A stretch of DNA of 64,000 nucleotides from an uncultured cyanobacterium (GTDB taxonomy: Bacteria; Cyanobacteriota; Cyanobacteriia; PCC-6307; Cyanobiaceae), in NCBI GenBank assembly GCA_963697335.1, contig CAVONQ010000002.1:96001-160000 (forward strand), read 5' to 3'. Of this stretch, positions 49,723 through 58,832 are shown piece after piece. The first letter of the stretch is position 1; every line of letters begins with the position of its first letter. Below the pieces are notes generated by a model. It had not been told where the DNA came from. It made no database searches and saw only the letters and a list, made by a program, of their open reading frames with translations. The position numbers and the translations under genes are program-made.

Positions 49723-51069
49723 TGCTGGGGGTCGACGTGCTGCCCCAGGCGGCGCAGCCGGCCGAAGGCGCCCTCTGCGCTGAGGTGCTGGTGCTGGGGG
49801 CCGGACCAGCCGGCCTGGCGATCGCTGCGGCGCTGGCCGAGCAGGGGGTGGCGGTGGCGCTGCTCTGCCCCGGTGATCCCCAGGCCCCCTGGCCCAACAC
49901 CTATGGGGTGTGGGGCGATGAGGTGGATGCGCTCGGGCTGGGGCACCTGCTGGAGCACCGCTGGCAGCACACCGTGAGCTACTTCGGCCCCGGAGCCGCC
50001 GATGGCGCCGACCCCGCCAATGCCCCGACGCTGCACCGGCGGGACTACGGGCTGTTCGACAAGCTGAAGCTGCAACGCCACTGGCTGGAGCAGCTCCGCC
50101 GCAGCGGGGTGCCATGGCATCGCGGCGAGGCGGTGGCCGTCGAGGCCTTGGCTGTCGAGGCGGGCCGTGCCGGCGCTCCTCCCGGGGGCTGCAGCGTGGT
50201 GACCCTGGCCAGCGGGGCCGTGCTGCGGGCGCGGCTGGTGGTGGATGCCAGCGGCCATGGCAGCCCCCTGATCGGTCGCCCCAGTGATGGCCCCGTGGCG
50301 GGCCAGGCCGCCTACGGCGTGGTGGGGCGGTTCACGGCCCCCCCGGTGGAGCCAGGCCAGTTCGTGCTGATGGACTTCCGCTGTGACCATCTCCCCCCGG
50401 AGCAACGCCTGCAGCCGCCCACCTTCCTCTACGCCATGGACCTGGGCGATGGTCGCTACTTCGTGGAAGAGACCTCCCTGGCCCTGGCGCCGCCAGTGTC
50501 GTTTGAGACGCTGCGGCAGCGCCTGGAGCTGCGCCTGGCCCACCGGGGCCTGGCCATCAGCGCCGTGGAGCACGAGGAGTTCTGCCTCTTTCCGATGAAC
50601 CTGCCGCTGCCGGATCTGCAGCAGCCCCTGCTCGCCTTCGGCGGTGCGGCCGCCATGGTGCATCCGGCCAGCGGCTACCTGGTGGGGGCGCTGCTGCGCC
50701 GGGCCCCCGGAGCTGGCCCAGGCTCTGGCCGCAGCCCTGGCCGACCCCGCCGCCTCCCCCCAAAGCCTGGCGGCCGCCGGCTGGCAGACCCTCTGGGCCC
50801 AGCCCCTGCGCCGCAAGCACGCGCTCTACCAGTTCGGCCTGGAGAAACTGATGCGCTTTCCCGAGCAGCAGCTGCGGCAGTTCTTCGCCACCTTCTTCGC
50901 CCTGCCAGGCGAGCAGTGGTATGGCTTTCTCACCAACACCCTCAGCGTGCCCCAGCTGGTGGCGGCCATGGTGCGCCTGTTTCTCACGGCGCCCACGGGC
51001 GTGCGGCTGGGCCTGATGGGCCTGCAGGGACGGGAGCTCGCCCTGCTCGCCCGCCTGCTGCGCCCCTAG
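49722..51069 (+). CDS. crtL: lycopene cyclase (CrtL type), frameshifted at a C5 run (50704-50708)
   Basis: GAGPAG, WPNTYGVW, FVLMDFR, PTFLYAMD, FVEETSL and AAMVHPASGY motifs; C-terminus (LYQFGLEKLMRF...WYGFL) is in the shifted frame. Confidence 0.88.
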
Positions 51070-51083
51070 CGGGCCCTGGCCCT

Positions 51084-52652
51084 TCAGCCTGGCGGGGCCA
51101 GCCAGTCGGCGGCATTGAGCTCCGGCAGGAGGGCGTCCTCGCGCTGCACCGCCTCCAGCCAGCCAGGCGGCAGCTCGGCGCCGCTGTCGATCGCATCGAG
51201 CAGCCGCCAGAAGCGGTCGAGGTGGCGTTCGATCCGCTCCCGCGCCAGCTCGGTGGTGGTGCCGGCCCGCAGGATGAAGCTCCAGTCGGAGCTCTGGGCA
51301 AGCAGCAACTCCCGCCCCGCCTGGGTGAGCAGCTGGCGATCCAGGCTGCGGCCCACCCCCCGGCCGACGCGCCGCACCATGGCCCGCGAGGCCCGCTGCC
51401 ATTCCGGCACCACCCAGGCATTGGCGGGGTTGAGCCAGTAGTTGTGATAGCCGCCCTCGCCCCAGCTGCTGGGGGAGGGGCGCACCACCTGCAGCGGGCG
51501 CGCCTGGGCGAGCACCTCCCGCAGCGTCACCAGCTGGACATCCATGGCGGCGGCCTGGCGGAACAGGCCGGCCAGGAACTGGGGCCCCTCGAACCACCAG
51601 TGGCCGAACAGCTCCGCATCGAAGGGCGCCACCAGCAGGGGGGTCTGCTGCATCGACTGCGCCAGACCCACCAGCTCCTGCCGGCGGCCCCGCAGGTAGT
51701 CGCGGGCATGCTCCTCCACCCGCTCCAGGGCGGCCGCCGGGTCGTAGGGCTGTTTCTGATCGAGGCGACTGCCGCGCTGGCTGACGCGGTGCAGCTTCAG
51801 GCCCAGGGGCCTGCGGCTGGTGATGCCCTCGCCCTGCAGCAGGGCCTCGTCCAGATCCCAGCCCAGGTCGCGGTGGAACTCCCGGTAGACGCTGTCGCCG
51901 GGGTAGCCCTCCCGGGCGCTCCACACCGGCAGGGTGGCGTTGCCGTCCCGCCCGAAGAAGGCCACTCCCGCAGGGGTGCAGATCGGGGCAAACACGCCGT
52001 AGCGCGGGCGGGGCAGGCCGTGCAGCAGGCCGTGGCCATCGAGCACCGAATAGCGCAGGCCCACGGCCGCGAGCTGCTGGTCGAGGCCCTCGTAGTAGGC
52101 GCACTCCGGCAGCCAGATGCCCAGGGGCGCCTCCCCCAGCTGGCGCCGGTGCTCCCGCACGGCGTTGATCAGCTGGGCGCGCACGGCCTCCGGCACCTGC
52201 CGCAGCAGGGGCAGGTAGCCGTGGGTGGCGCCGCAGGTGATCAGGTCGAGCACCCCCAGCTGCTGCAGCCGGCGGAAGCGGGCCACGAGATGGCCCCCGC
52301 AGGCCTGCCACTGGGCGGCCACAGCCTGCAGCTGCTGGCGCAGGGCGGAGGCGGCGCTGAGCAGCGACTGGGGGGCCTGCTCGAGCAGGCGCAGCCGCAC
52401 GGCGAGCCAGCCGCTGAAGCGGGCATTGAGCTCGGCGTCGGCCATCAGGCTGAGCAGGGTGGGGGAGAGCCCCAGGGTGAGCCGAGGCCGCTGGGCCGGA
52501 TCGGCGGCGCTGGCCTCGAGGCTGGCCAGCAACGGCAGATAGCACTCCTGCAGGGCCTCGAAGTACCAGTCTTCCTCGAGGGACCCCGGCTCGCTGGAGC
52601 GCACGTAGGGCAGGTGGGCGTGCAGAACGAGGGCCAGTTCCCCAGTGGCCAT
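51084..52652 (-). CDS. glycoside hydrolase family 57, glucan branching enzyme type (with DUF1957)
   Basis: LVLHAHLPYV, ATHGYLPL, GIWLPECAY, YREFHRD, PFDAELFGHWWFEG and AQSSDW.F motifs. Confidence 0.93.
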   Translation of the reverse strand: MATGELALVLHAHLPYVRSSEPGSLEEDWYFEALQECYLPLLASLEASAADPAQRPRLTLGLSPTLLSLMADAELNARFSGWLAVRLRLLEQAPQSLLSAASALRQQLQAVAAQWQACGGHLVARFRRLQQLGVLDLITCGATHGYLPLLRQVPEAVRAQLINAVREHRRQLGEAPLGIWLPECAYYEGLDQQLAAVGLRYSVLDGHGLLHGLPRPRYGVFAPICTPAGVAFFGRDGNATLPVWSAREGYPGDSVYREFHRDLGWDLDEALLQGEGITSRRPLGLKLHRVSQRGSRLDQKQPYDPAAALERVEEHARDYLRGRRQELVGLAQSMQQTPLLVAPFDAELFGHWWFEGPQFLAGLFRQAAAMDVQLVTLREVLAQARPLQVVRPSPSSWGEGGYHNYWLNPANAWVVPEWQRASRAMVRRVGRGVGRSLDRQLLTQAGRELLLAQSSDWSFILRAGTTTELARERIERHLDRFWRLLDAIDSGAELPPGWLEAVQREDALLPELNAADWLAPPG

Positions 52653-52725
52653 GGCCTGACTGCGAGTTTTGCACTGTAGGTGCAGTCTCTGTTGAGGTCC
52701 CGGACAACGGACCTAGGGTTTTTTG

Positions 52726-53421
52726 ATGGAGAACCCCCCCGGCGCCCGGTTTGAGCCACGACGGCGGCAGCTGGTGGTGGCCGTGGATGGCCACAGCATG
52801 TTTTATGCGCAGCAGAAGCTGGGCTGGTTCTTCGATCCGCGCCGGCTGCTGGCCCATGCCGCCGCGCAACCGGGCCTGGAGCTGGCCGGCGCCTTCTGGT
52901 ACGCGGGGCTCAAGGACCCATCCGACCAGCGCCCCTTCCGCGATGCCCTCACCAGCCTGGGCTTCACGGTGCGGACCCGGCCTCTGCGGGAGCTCTCTTC
53001 CGCGGCTCCGCCCACTCCGGCGCCGGCGCCGGCGGCCGCTATGGCAGCCGATGATCCTGGGCGTCGCCCCCCCCCGCCCAGGCCCGTGGAACTGAGGTCC
53101 CCGGAACCGAGGCCCCTCGAGCCCCGGCCAGTGGAGCAGAAGCAGTTCGTGCGCGCCAACCTCGATGTGGAGGTGGCCCTGGATCTGATGATGGTGGCGC
53201 CGCGCACCGATGTGGTGTGGCTGCTGAGCGGCAGCCGCGACCTGGACCGGCTGGTGGAGGTGCTGCGGGCCCAGGGACTGCGCATCACCCTGATCAGCAC
53301 CGAGGGCATGGTGGCGCGGGAGCTGCGCAATGCCGCCGATGGGTTTGTGGATCTGGCCAGCCTGCGGCCCTTGCTGGAGAAGGCCGAATCGCTGCAGCAG
53401 CCGGTGTTCCTGCGCAGCTGA
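52726..53421 (+). CDS. NYN-domain (LabA/DUF88-like) protein
   Basis: VDGHSMFYAQQKLGWFFDPRR, RANLDVE.ALD, LSGSRDL and ARELRNAAD.FVDL motifs. Confidence 0.82.
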   Translation: MENPPGARFEPRRRQLVVAVDGHSMFYAQQKLGWFFDPRRLLAHAAAQPGLELAGAFWYAGLKDPSDQRPFRDALTSLGFTVRTRPLRELSSAAPPTPAPAPAAAMAADDPGRRPPPPRPVELRSPEPRPLEPRPVEQKQFVRANLDVEVALDLMMVAPRTDVVWLLSGSRDLDRLVEVLRAQGLRITLISTEGMVARELRNAADGFVDLASLRPLLEKAESLQQPVFLRS

Positions 53422-53488
53422 AGGGGGCGGCGCCCTGCCAGCCCATACAATGCATTAACTCATAGTCACTACGGATAGAGCCGCCGTT

Positions 53489-55132
53489 ATGGCCCGCGAC
53501 CCAGGCCGTGTCCTGATCTTTGACACCACGCTGCGCGATGGCGAGCAGTCCCCCGGTGCCAGCCTCAACCTGGAGGAGAAGCTGGCCATTGCCCAGCAGC
53601 TGGCCCGGCTGGGGGTGGACATCATCGAGGCCGGCTTCCCCTTCGCCAGCCCCGGCGACTTCAACGCCGTGCAGCGCATCGCCGAGAGCGTCGGCAGCCC
53701 CGAGGGGCCGGTGATCTGCGGCCTGGCCCGGGCCGCCGCCGGCGACATCAAGGCCTGCGCCGACGCCGTGGCCCCCGCCGCCCGCCGCCGCATCCACACC
53801 TTCATCGCCACCAGCGACATCCACCTGGAGCACAAGCTGCGCAAGAGCCGCGCCGAGGTGCTGGCGATCACCGCCGAGATGGTGGACTACGCCCGCTCGC
53901 TGGTGGACGACGTGGAGTTCTCCTGCGAGGACGCCGGCCGCAGCGACCCCGCGTTCATGTATGAGGTGATCGAGGCCGCCATCGCCGCCGGCGCCACCAC
54001 GATCAACATCCCGGACACGGTGGGCTACACCACCCCGGCCGAGTTCGGCGAACTGATCGCCGGCATCAACGCCCAGGTGCCCAACATCGACCAGGCCGTG
54101 ATCTCCGTGCACGGCCACAACGACCTCGGCCTGGCGGTGGCCAACTTCCTCGAGGCGGTCAAGAACGGCGCCCGCCAGCTCGAGTGCACGATCAATGGCA
54201 TCGGCGAGCGGGCCGGCAACGCCTCCCTGGAGGAGCTGGTGATGGCGCTGCATGTGCGCCGCACCTACTTCAATCCCTTCCTGGGGCGTCCTGCCGAGAG
54301 CAGCGAGCCGCTCACGGCGGTGCGCACGGTGGAGATCACCAAGACCTCGCGGCTGGTGAGCAACCTCACCGGCATGGCCGTGCAGCCCAACAAGGCGATT
54401 GTGGGCGCCAATGCCTTTGCCCATGAGTCGGGCATCCACCAGGACGGGGTGCTCAAGAACCCGCTCACCTACGAGATCATCGATGCCCGCACCGTGGGTC
54501 TGGCGGACAACCGCCTCTCCCTGGGCAAGCTCAGCGGCCGCAGCGCCTTCCGCGCCCGCCTGGAGGAGCTGGGCTACGAGCTCGACCGGGACGACCTCGA
54601 CGACGCCTTCGCCCGCTTCAAGGAGCTCGCCGATCGCAAGCGCGAGATCACCGACCGCGACCTCGAGGCGATCGTGAGTGAGCAGGTGCAGCAGTATGAC
54701 GAGGGGCGCTTCAGCCTCAAGAGCGTGCAGGTGAGCTGCGGCACGGGGCTGCAGCCCACCGCCACCGTGACCCTGCTCACCGCCGACGGCGCCGAGATCA
54801 GCGAGGCCTGCATCGGCACCGGGCCCGTGGATGCCGTGTGTCAGGCGCTCAACAATCTGGCCCGGGTGCCGAATGCCCTGGTGGAGTTCTCGGTGAAGAG
54901 CGTCACCGAGGGGATCGATGCCATGGGCGAGGTGACGATCCGGCTGCGGCATGACGGGGTGCTCTATTCCGGCCATGCCGCCGACACCGACATCGTGGTG
55001 GCCTCAGCCCAGGCCTTCGTGAATGCCCTCAACCGGCTGGTGTCAGGCAGCCAGAGCCAGCCGCTGCATCCCCAGAAGGCGCCCCTGCCCCAGCTCGGCG
55101 ATCTGCCCCTGGCCGATCGGCCCAGGGTGTAG
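53489..55132 (+). CDS. leuA: 2-isopropylmalate synthase
   Basis: [39 protein letters not shown] and GPVDA motifs. Confidence 0.97.
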   Translation: MARDPGRVLIFDTTLRDGEQSPGASLNLEEKLAIAQQLARLGVDIIEAGFPFASPGDFNAVQRIAESVGSPEGPVICGLARAAAGDIKACADAVAPAARRRIHTFIATSDIHLEHKLRKSRAEVLAITAEMVDYARSLVDDVEFSCEDAGRSDPAFMYEVIEAAIAAGATTINIPDTVGYTTPAEFGELIAGINAQVPNIDQAVISVHGHNDLGLAVANFLEAVKNGARQLECTINGIGERAGNASLEELVMALHVRRTYFNPFLGRPAESSEPLTAVRTVEITKTSRLVSNLTGMAVQPNKAIVGANAFAHESGIHQDGVLKNPLTYEIIDARTVGLADNRLSLGKLSGRSAFRARLEELGYELDRDDLDDAFARFKELADRKREITDRDLEAIVSEQVQQYDEGRFSLKSVQVSCGTGLQPTATVTLLTADGAEISEACIGTGPVDAVCQALNNLARVPNALVEFSVKSVTEGIDAMGEVTIRLRHDGVLYSGHAADTDIVVASAQAFVNALNRLVSGSQSQPLHPQKAPLPQLGDLPLADRPRV

Positions 55133-55135
55133 GCG

Positions 55136-55984
55136 ATGGGCTCCCCCTCTCCCGGCCAGGGCCGTTCCCTGCTGAGCTCAGCCCTGCAGCTGGGGCTGCT
55201 GCTGCTGGTGGCCCTGGCCATGCTGGTGCCGCTGCTGTGGCTGGTGAGCACCTCCCTGAAGGGCCCCGCCGAGAACATCTTCACCAGCCCGCCGGCCCTG
55301 CTGCCCGCCGAACCCAGCCTGGAGGCCTACCAGCGGCTGTTCGCCGACAACCCGATGGTCACCTACCTGCTGAACAGCACGGTGGTGAGTGCCCTGGCGG
55401 TGCTGGCCAACCTGCTGTTCTGCTCCCTGGCGGCCTACCCCCTGGCCCGCCTGCGCTTTGCGGGCCGGGGCCTGGTGCTGGCCCTGGTGGTGGCCACGAT
55501 CCTGATCCCCTTTCAGGTGGTGATGATCCCCCTCTACCTGCTGATGGTGCAGATCGGTCTGCGCAACACCCTCTGGGCCCTGATCATCCCCCAGGCCGCC
55601 ACCGCCTTCGGCATCTTCCTGCTGCGCCAGAGCTTTCTGGGGGTGCCGGTGGAGCTGGAGGAGGCGGCCCGCAGCGACGGCTGCACGCGCCTGGGGGAGT
55701 GGTGGAACGTGATGATCCCCGCCGCCCGGGCCGATCTGATCACCCTGGCGATGTTCGTGTTCATCGGCACCTGGAGCGACTTCCTCTGGCCCCTGGTGAT
55801 CCTCGATGAGCCCAGCCTCTACACCCTGCCCCTGGGCCTGCAACAGCTGGCCAGCAGCTTCTCGCTCGACTGGCGCCTGGTGGCGGCGGGGGCTGTGGTG
55901 TCGATCCTGCCGGTGCTGGCCCTGTTCATTGCCCTGCAGCGCTACATCCTGCCCAATGCCAGCGGCGACGCAGTGAAGGGCTGA
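55136..55984 (+). CDS. carbohydrate ABC transporter permease
   Basis: SLAAYPLARL.F.G, EAA motif (ELEEAARSDG), W.DFLWP and TLPLGL. Confidence 0.92.
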   Translation: MGSPSPGQGRSLLSSALQLGLLLLVALAMLVPLLWLVSTSLKGPAENIFTSPPALLPAEPSLEAYQRLFADNPMVTYLLNSTVVSALAVLANLLFCSLAAYPLARLRFAGRGLVLALVVATILIPFQVVMIPLYLLMVQIGLRNTLWALIIPQAATAFGIFLLRQSFLGVPVELEEAARSDGCTRLGEWWNVMIPAARADLITLAMFVFIGTWSDFLWPLVILDEPSLYTLPLGLQQLASSFSLDWRLVAAGAVVSILPVLALFIALQRYILPNASGDAVKG

Positions 55985-56003
55985 GGCCGGCGAACCCTGG
56001 CGC

Positions 56004-56447
56004 TCAGGGCTGGGGCGCTTCCGGCGCCGCCGCTGGTTCCGGGGTGGCCGCGGGGGGCTTCGGAGTGGCCGGTGGCGTGGGCCTGGCCGGGGAAACGGCA
56101 GCGGAGCTGCGCTTGATCTGCCGCAGTTCAGCCTTGAGGGCTTCGGCCTCGGCACTGAGCACGTCGATGCGGGAGGAGTTGCGCTCCACCACCTGCAGCC
56201 GCTCCACGGTGGAGCGCAGCTGCTCCTCCATGCCGGTGGTGCGATCCAGGGCACGGCTGTTTTCCAGCCCCTGCAGGCGCTCCTGCAGCTCCAGGATCTG
56301 CACGCCCTGCTGGCGCGTCTTCCCCACCATCACCAGGAACAGCACGGCCAGCAGCACCGTGCTGCCGGCCTGCAGCCAGTTGACCCAGTCAGGCAGCTGG
56401 GGGAGGGGCCGGATCTTGGAAGCCGAAGCACCTGGGAACGGGGCCAT
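56004..56447 (-). CDS. hypothetical membrane-anchored coiled-coil protein
   Basis: One TM helix, heptad-rich coiled coil and Pro-rich tail; start taken at MAPFPG. Confidence 0.65.
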   Translation of the reverse strand: MAPFPGASASKIRPLPQLPDWVNWLQAGSTVLLAVLFLVMVGKTRQQGVQILELQERLQGLENSRALDRTTGMEEQLRSTVERLQVVERNSSRIDVLSAEAEALKAELRQIKRSSAAVSPARPTPPATPKPPAATPEPAAAPEAPQP

Positions 56448-56581
56448 CGAGAACGTCTCCTGCTGTTGACGGGCCGCGCAAACAATCCTGGCGGATCGCC
56501 CGGGTGCCTGCATCCTCTCAGGGGGAAGGGGGCAGGCTCGGCGGGTGGCGATCGCCTGGCGGCCACCTTCCCCTTCGCCTA

Positions 56582-56756
56582 CTACCTCATCGAGACGATG
56601 TCGTCTTGCCAAGGGGTCAAGGCCGCCTCACCAGCGGGTGTGTAGTGCCGCAGGTTGCGCGTCACCTCCGTGAGGCCATGTTCCAGCCCAGCGGCGAGCC
56701 GCGCCAAGTTCCACCGGCAGCAGGCGATCGCCATACAGCGGCAGCAGCTGTTTCAG
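56582..56756 (-). pseudogene. PIN-domain (VapC/FitB-like) toxin remnant with an internal deletion
   Basis: LKQLLPLYGDRLLPVELGAARRW fused out of frame to LEHGLTEVTRNLRHYTPAGEAALTPW; both are typical of the C-terminal half of PIN toxins. Confidence 0.7.
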
Positions 56757-56758
56757 TG

Positions 56759-56784
56759 TCGCGTCATGCCATGGCATGACGCGA
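56759..56784. repeat. perfect 26-bp palindrome TCGCGTCATGCCATGGCATGACGCGA
   Basis: Sequence equals its own reverse complement with no spacer. Confidence 0.95.
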
Positions 56785-56822
56785 AGGTCCTGAGGATTCC
56801 GGCCACACTGCCGCTATGAAAG

Positions 56823-57134
56823 GTCTGGGCGGAGGACCAGGCAGCTCCCGTGCCTTCCCTGCAGTAGGTGGCGCTGTTCGGCAGCTACGGCCGGGCCAGC
56901 GGTGGGGTGGGCAGCGTCCTGGATCTGCTGTTGATCGACGCCCGCGCCAGCGGGAGCCAGCAGCAGAGGTTGCTCTGCTGGCAGCTGGAGTTGCTCCCCC
57001 TAAGCTGCGATGCAGTGGTGCTCACCCTGGCCGAACACGAGGCGCTGCTGGGGGCTGGATCACGCTTCGCCACCGAGCTCCACCGCGATACCCGCTGGGT
57101 GTGGTGCCGTCAGCCTTCCGATCCACACCCATGA
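56823..57134 (+). pseudogene. minimal nucleotidyltransferase (MNT) pseudogene
   Basis: VWAEDQAAPVPSLQ*VALFGSYGRASGGVGSVLDLLLID: GS motif intact, first Asp of DxD changed to Val, in-frame TAG at 56865-56867, N-terminus missing. Confidence 0.75.
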
Positions 57135-58156
57135 CCATCCTCGTGACCGGCGGCGCCGGCTACATCGGCAGCCACACCGTGCGGGCCCTGCAGCGCGCCG
57201 GCCATCCCGTGCTGGTGCTCGACAACCTGGTGTATGGCCACCGGGTCATCGCCGAGCAGGTCCTGCAGGTGCCCCTGGTGGTGGGGCAGCTGGGTGATCG
57301 CCCCCTGCTCGATGCCCTGCTGCAGGGCTCCCATCCGCAGCTGCCGGCCGGGCCGGTGCGGGCCGTGCTCCACTTCGCCGCCTACGCCTACGTGGGCGAG
57401 AGCGTGGTGGATCCCGCCCGCTACTACCGCAACAACCTGGGCGACACCCTGGTGTTGCTGGAGGCGCTGCACGCCGAGGCCGGGCGCCGCGGCCAGCCGA
57501 TCCCGCTGGTGTTCAGCTCCACCTGCGCCACCTACGGCATCCCCGCCGCCGACCAGATTCCGATCCATGAGCGCTGCCCCCAGGCGCCGATCAATCCCTA
57601 CGGCCGCAGCAAGTGGATGGTGGAGCAGCTGCTGGCTGATTTCGGCGCTGCCTACGGCCAGCCCAGCGTGATCTTCCGCTACTTCAACGCCGCCGGTGCC
57701 GATCCCGCCGCCGACCTCGGCGAAGACCACGACCCCGAAACCCACCTCATCCCCCTGGTGCTCGAGGCCCTGGCCGGCCGCCGCGACGGCCTTCAGGTGT
57801 TCGGCCGCGACTACCCCACCCCCGATGGCACCTGCATCCGCGACTACATCCACGTGGCCGACCTGGCCGCCGCCCACGTGCTCGGCCTGGAGCGGCTCCT
57901 TGCCCAGGGCGGCCAGCACACCTACAACCTCGGCACCGGCAGCGGCTATTCCGTGCAGCAGGTGATCGATGCGGCCTGCAAGCACACCGGCTGCAGCCTC
58001 CGCGTCGTCGACGCGCCCCGCCGCCCCGGCGATCCCGCCGAGCTGGTGGCCGATGCCTCCCTGGCGATGGCGGAGCTGGGCTGGAAACCCCAGCGCTCGG
58101 ATCTGGCCACGATCCTGGCCGACGCCTGGGCCTGGCACCAGCGCCGCCGGGGCTGA
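57131..58156 (+). CDS. galE: UDP-glucose 4-epimerase
   Basis: TGGAGYIGSH, HFAA...VGESV, FSSTCATYG, PYGRSK, RYFNAAGA and DGTCIRDYIHV motifs. Confidence 0.95.
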   Translation: MTILVTGGAGYIGSHTVRALQRAGHPVLVLDNLVYGHRVIAEQVLQVPLVVGQLGDRPLLDALLQGSHPQLPAGPVRAVLHFAAYAYVGESVVDPARYYRNNLGDTLVLLEALHAEAGRRGQPIPLVFSSTCATYGIPAADQIPIHERCPQAPINPYGRSKWMVEQLLADFGAAYGQPSVIFRYFNAAGADPAADLGEDHDPETHLIPLVLEALAGRRDGLQVFGRDYPTPDGTCIRDYIHVADLAAAHVLGLERLLAQGGQHTYNLGTGSGYSVQQVIDAACKHTGCSLRVVDAPRRPGDPAELVADASLAMAELGWKPQRSDLATILADAWAWHQRRRG

Positions 58157-58161
58157 GCGCT

Positions 58162-58596
58162 TCAGCTCAGCGCCAGCCGTTGCAAGCCCCGAAAACGCTC
58201 GAAATCCCGATCGAAACTCACCAGGCGCCAGCCGTTGGCCATGGCCAGCGCGGCCAGGTAGGCATCGGTGCAGAGCCGTGGGGGCAGGTCTCCCTGGCGC
58301 AACAGCCGGTGGAACACCTCCCAGCCGTCATGCTCTGGTGCGGCCAGCGCCACGCCTGGTTGACGGCAAAACGCTAAGAGCAGCGCCGAGGCTTCGGCGC
58401 TGCTCTTCACGGCAGTACCCATCAGCTTGGGCTGACTCAGAAGGCGCACCAGCCCAAGGGCCGTCACGGTGCAGAACAGCACCTGTTCAGCCGCCTGCTG
58501 TTCCCAGTAGTGCAGGGCCTGGCGGTGGTGGAGATGGTCAGTGGCGGCTAGAGCCAGCCACACATTGAGATCCGGCAGGTCGGTGCTGGTGCTCAC
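58162..58596 (-). CDS. vapC: VapC-family PIN-domain toxin
   Basis: DLPDLNVWLAL...H.HH, TDAYLAALA and LVSFDRDF acidic PIN residues. Confidence 0.9.
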   Translation of the reverse strand: MSTSTDLPDLNVWLALAATDHLHHRQALHYWEQQAAEQVLFCTVTALGLVRLLSQPKLMGTAVKSSAEASALLLAFCRQPGVALAAPEHDGWEVFHRLLRQGDLPPRLCTDAYLAALAMANGWRLVSFDRDFERFRGLQRLALS

Positions 58597-58832
58597 GGGT
58601 CGAGCAGCTCGAACAGCCCTGCATTGCTGCAGTGCTCACGGCCCAGCCTCAGGGGGCCGTCCAGGCGCGGCAGCTCGGCGGCGGAACGGCCACGCGGGGG
58701 AACGTCTTGAACGGTGCTGAGCCCCTGCTCCACGTAGCTGCGCAGCAGTTGTTTGAGCGTCATGCGCTGGCTGGCCGCCCGCGCCTTCAGCCTTTCGAAG
58801 AGCGGATCCGGAAGATCCAGCGTCGTGCGCAT
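58593..58832 (-). CDS. vapB: VapB-type antitoxin (ribbon-helix-helix-like)
   Basis: MRTTLDLPDPLFERLKARAA....TLKQLL..YVEQGL; GTGA overlap with the toxin start. Confidence 0.85.
   Translation of the reverse strand: MRTTLDLPDPLFERLKARAASQRMTLKQLLRSYVEQGLSTVQDVPPRGRSAAELPRLDGPLRLGREHCSNAGLFELLDP

Noticed and set aside
45835..50115. 1426-aa minus-strand ORF
   Set aside because: Most of it is the antisense shadow of gyrA/crtL, open because of GC3 bias; only the last ~385 codons (the DUF39 gene) look like a real protein.
49722..52679. 985-aa apparent CrtL fusion
   Set aside because: Produced by the frameshift at about 50706 running into the antisense strand of the GH57 gene.
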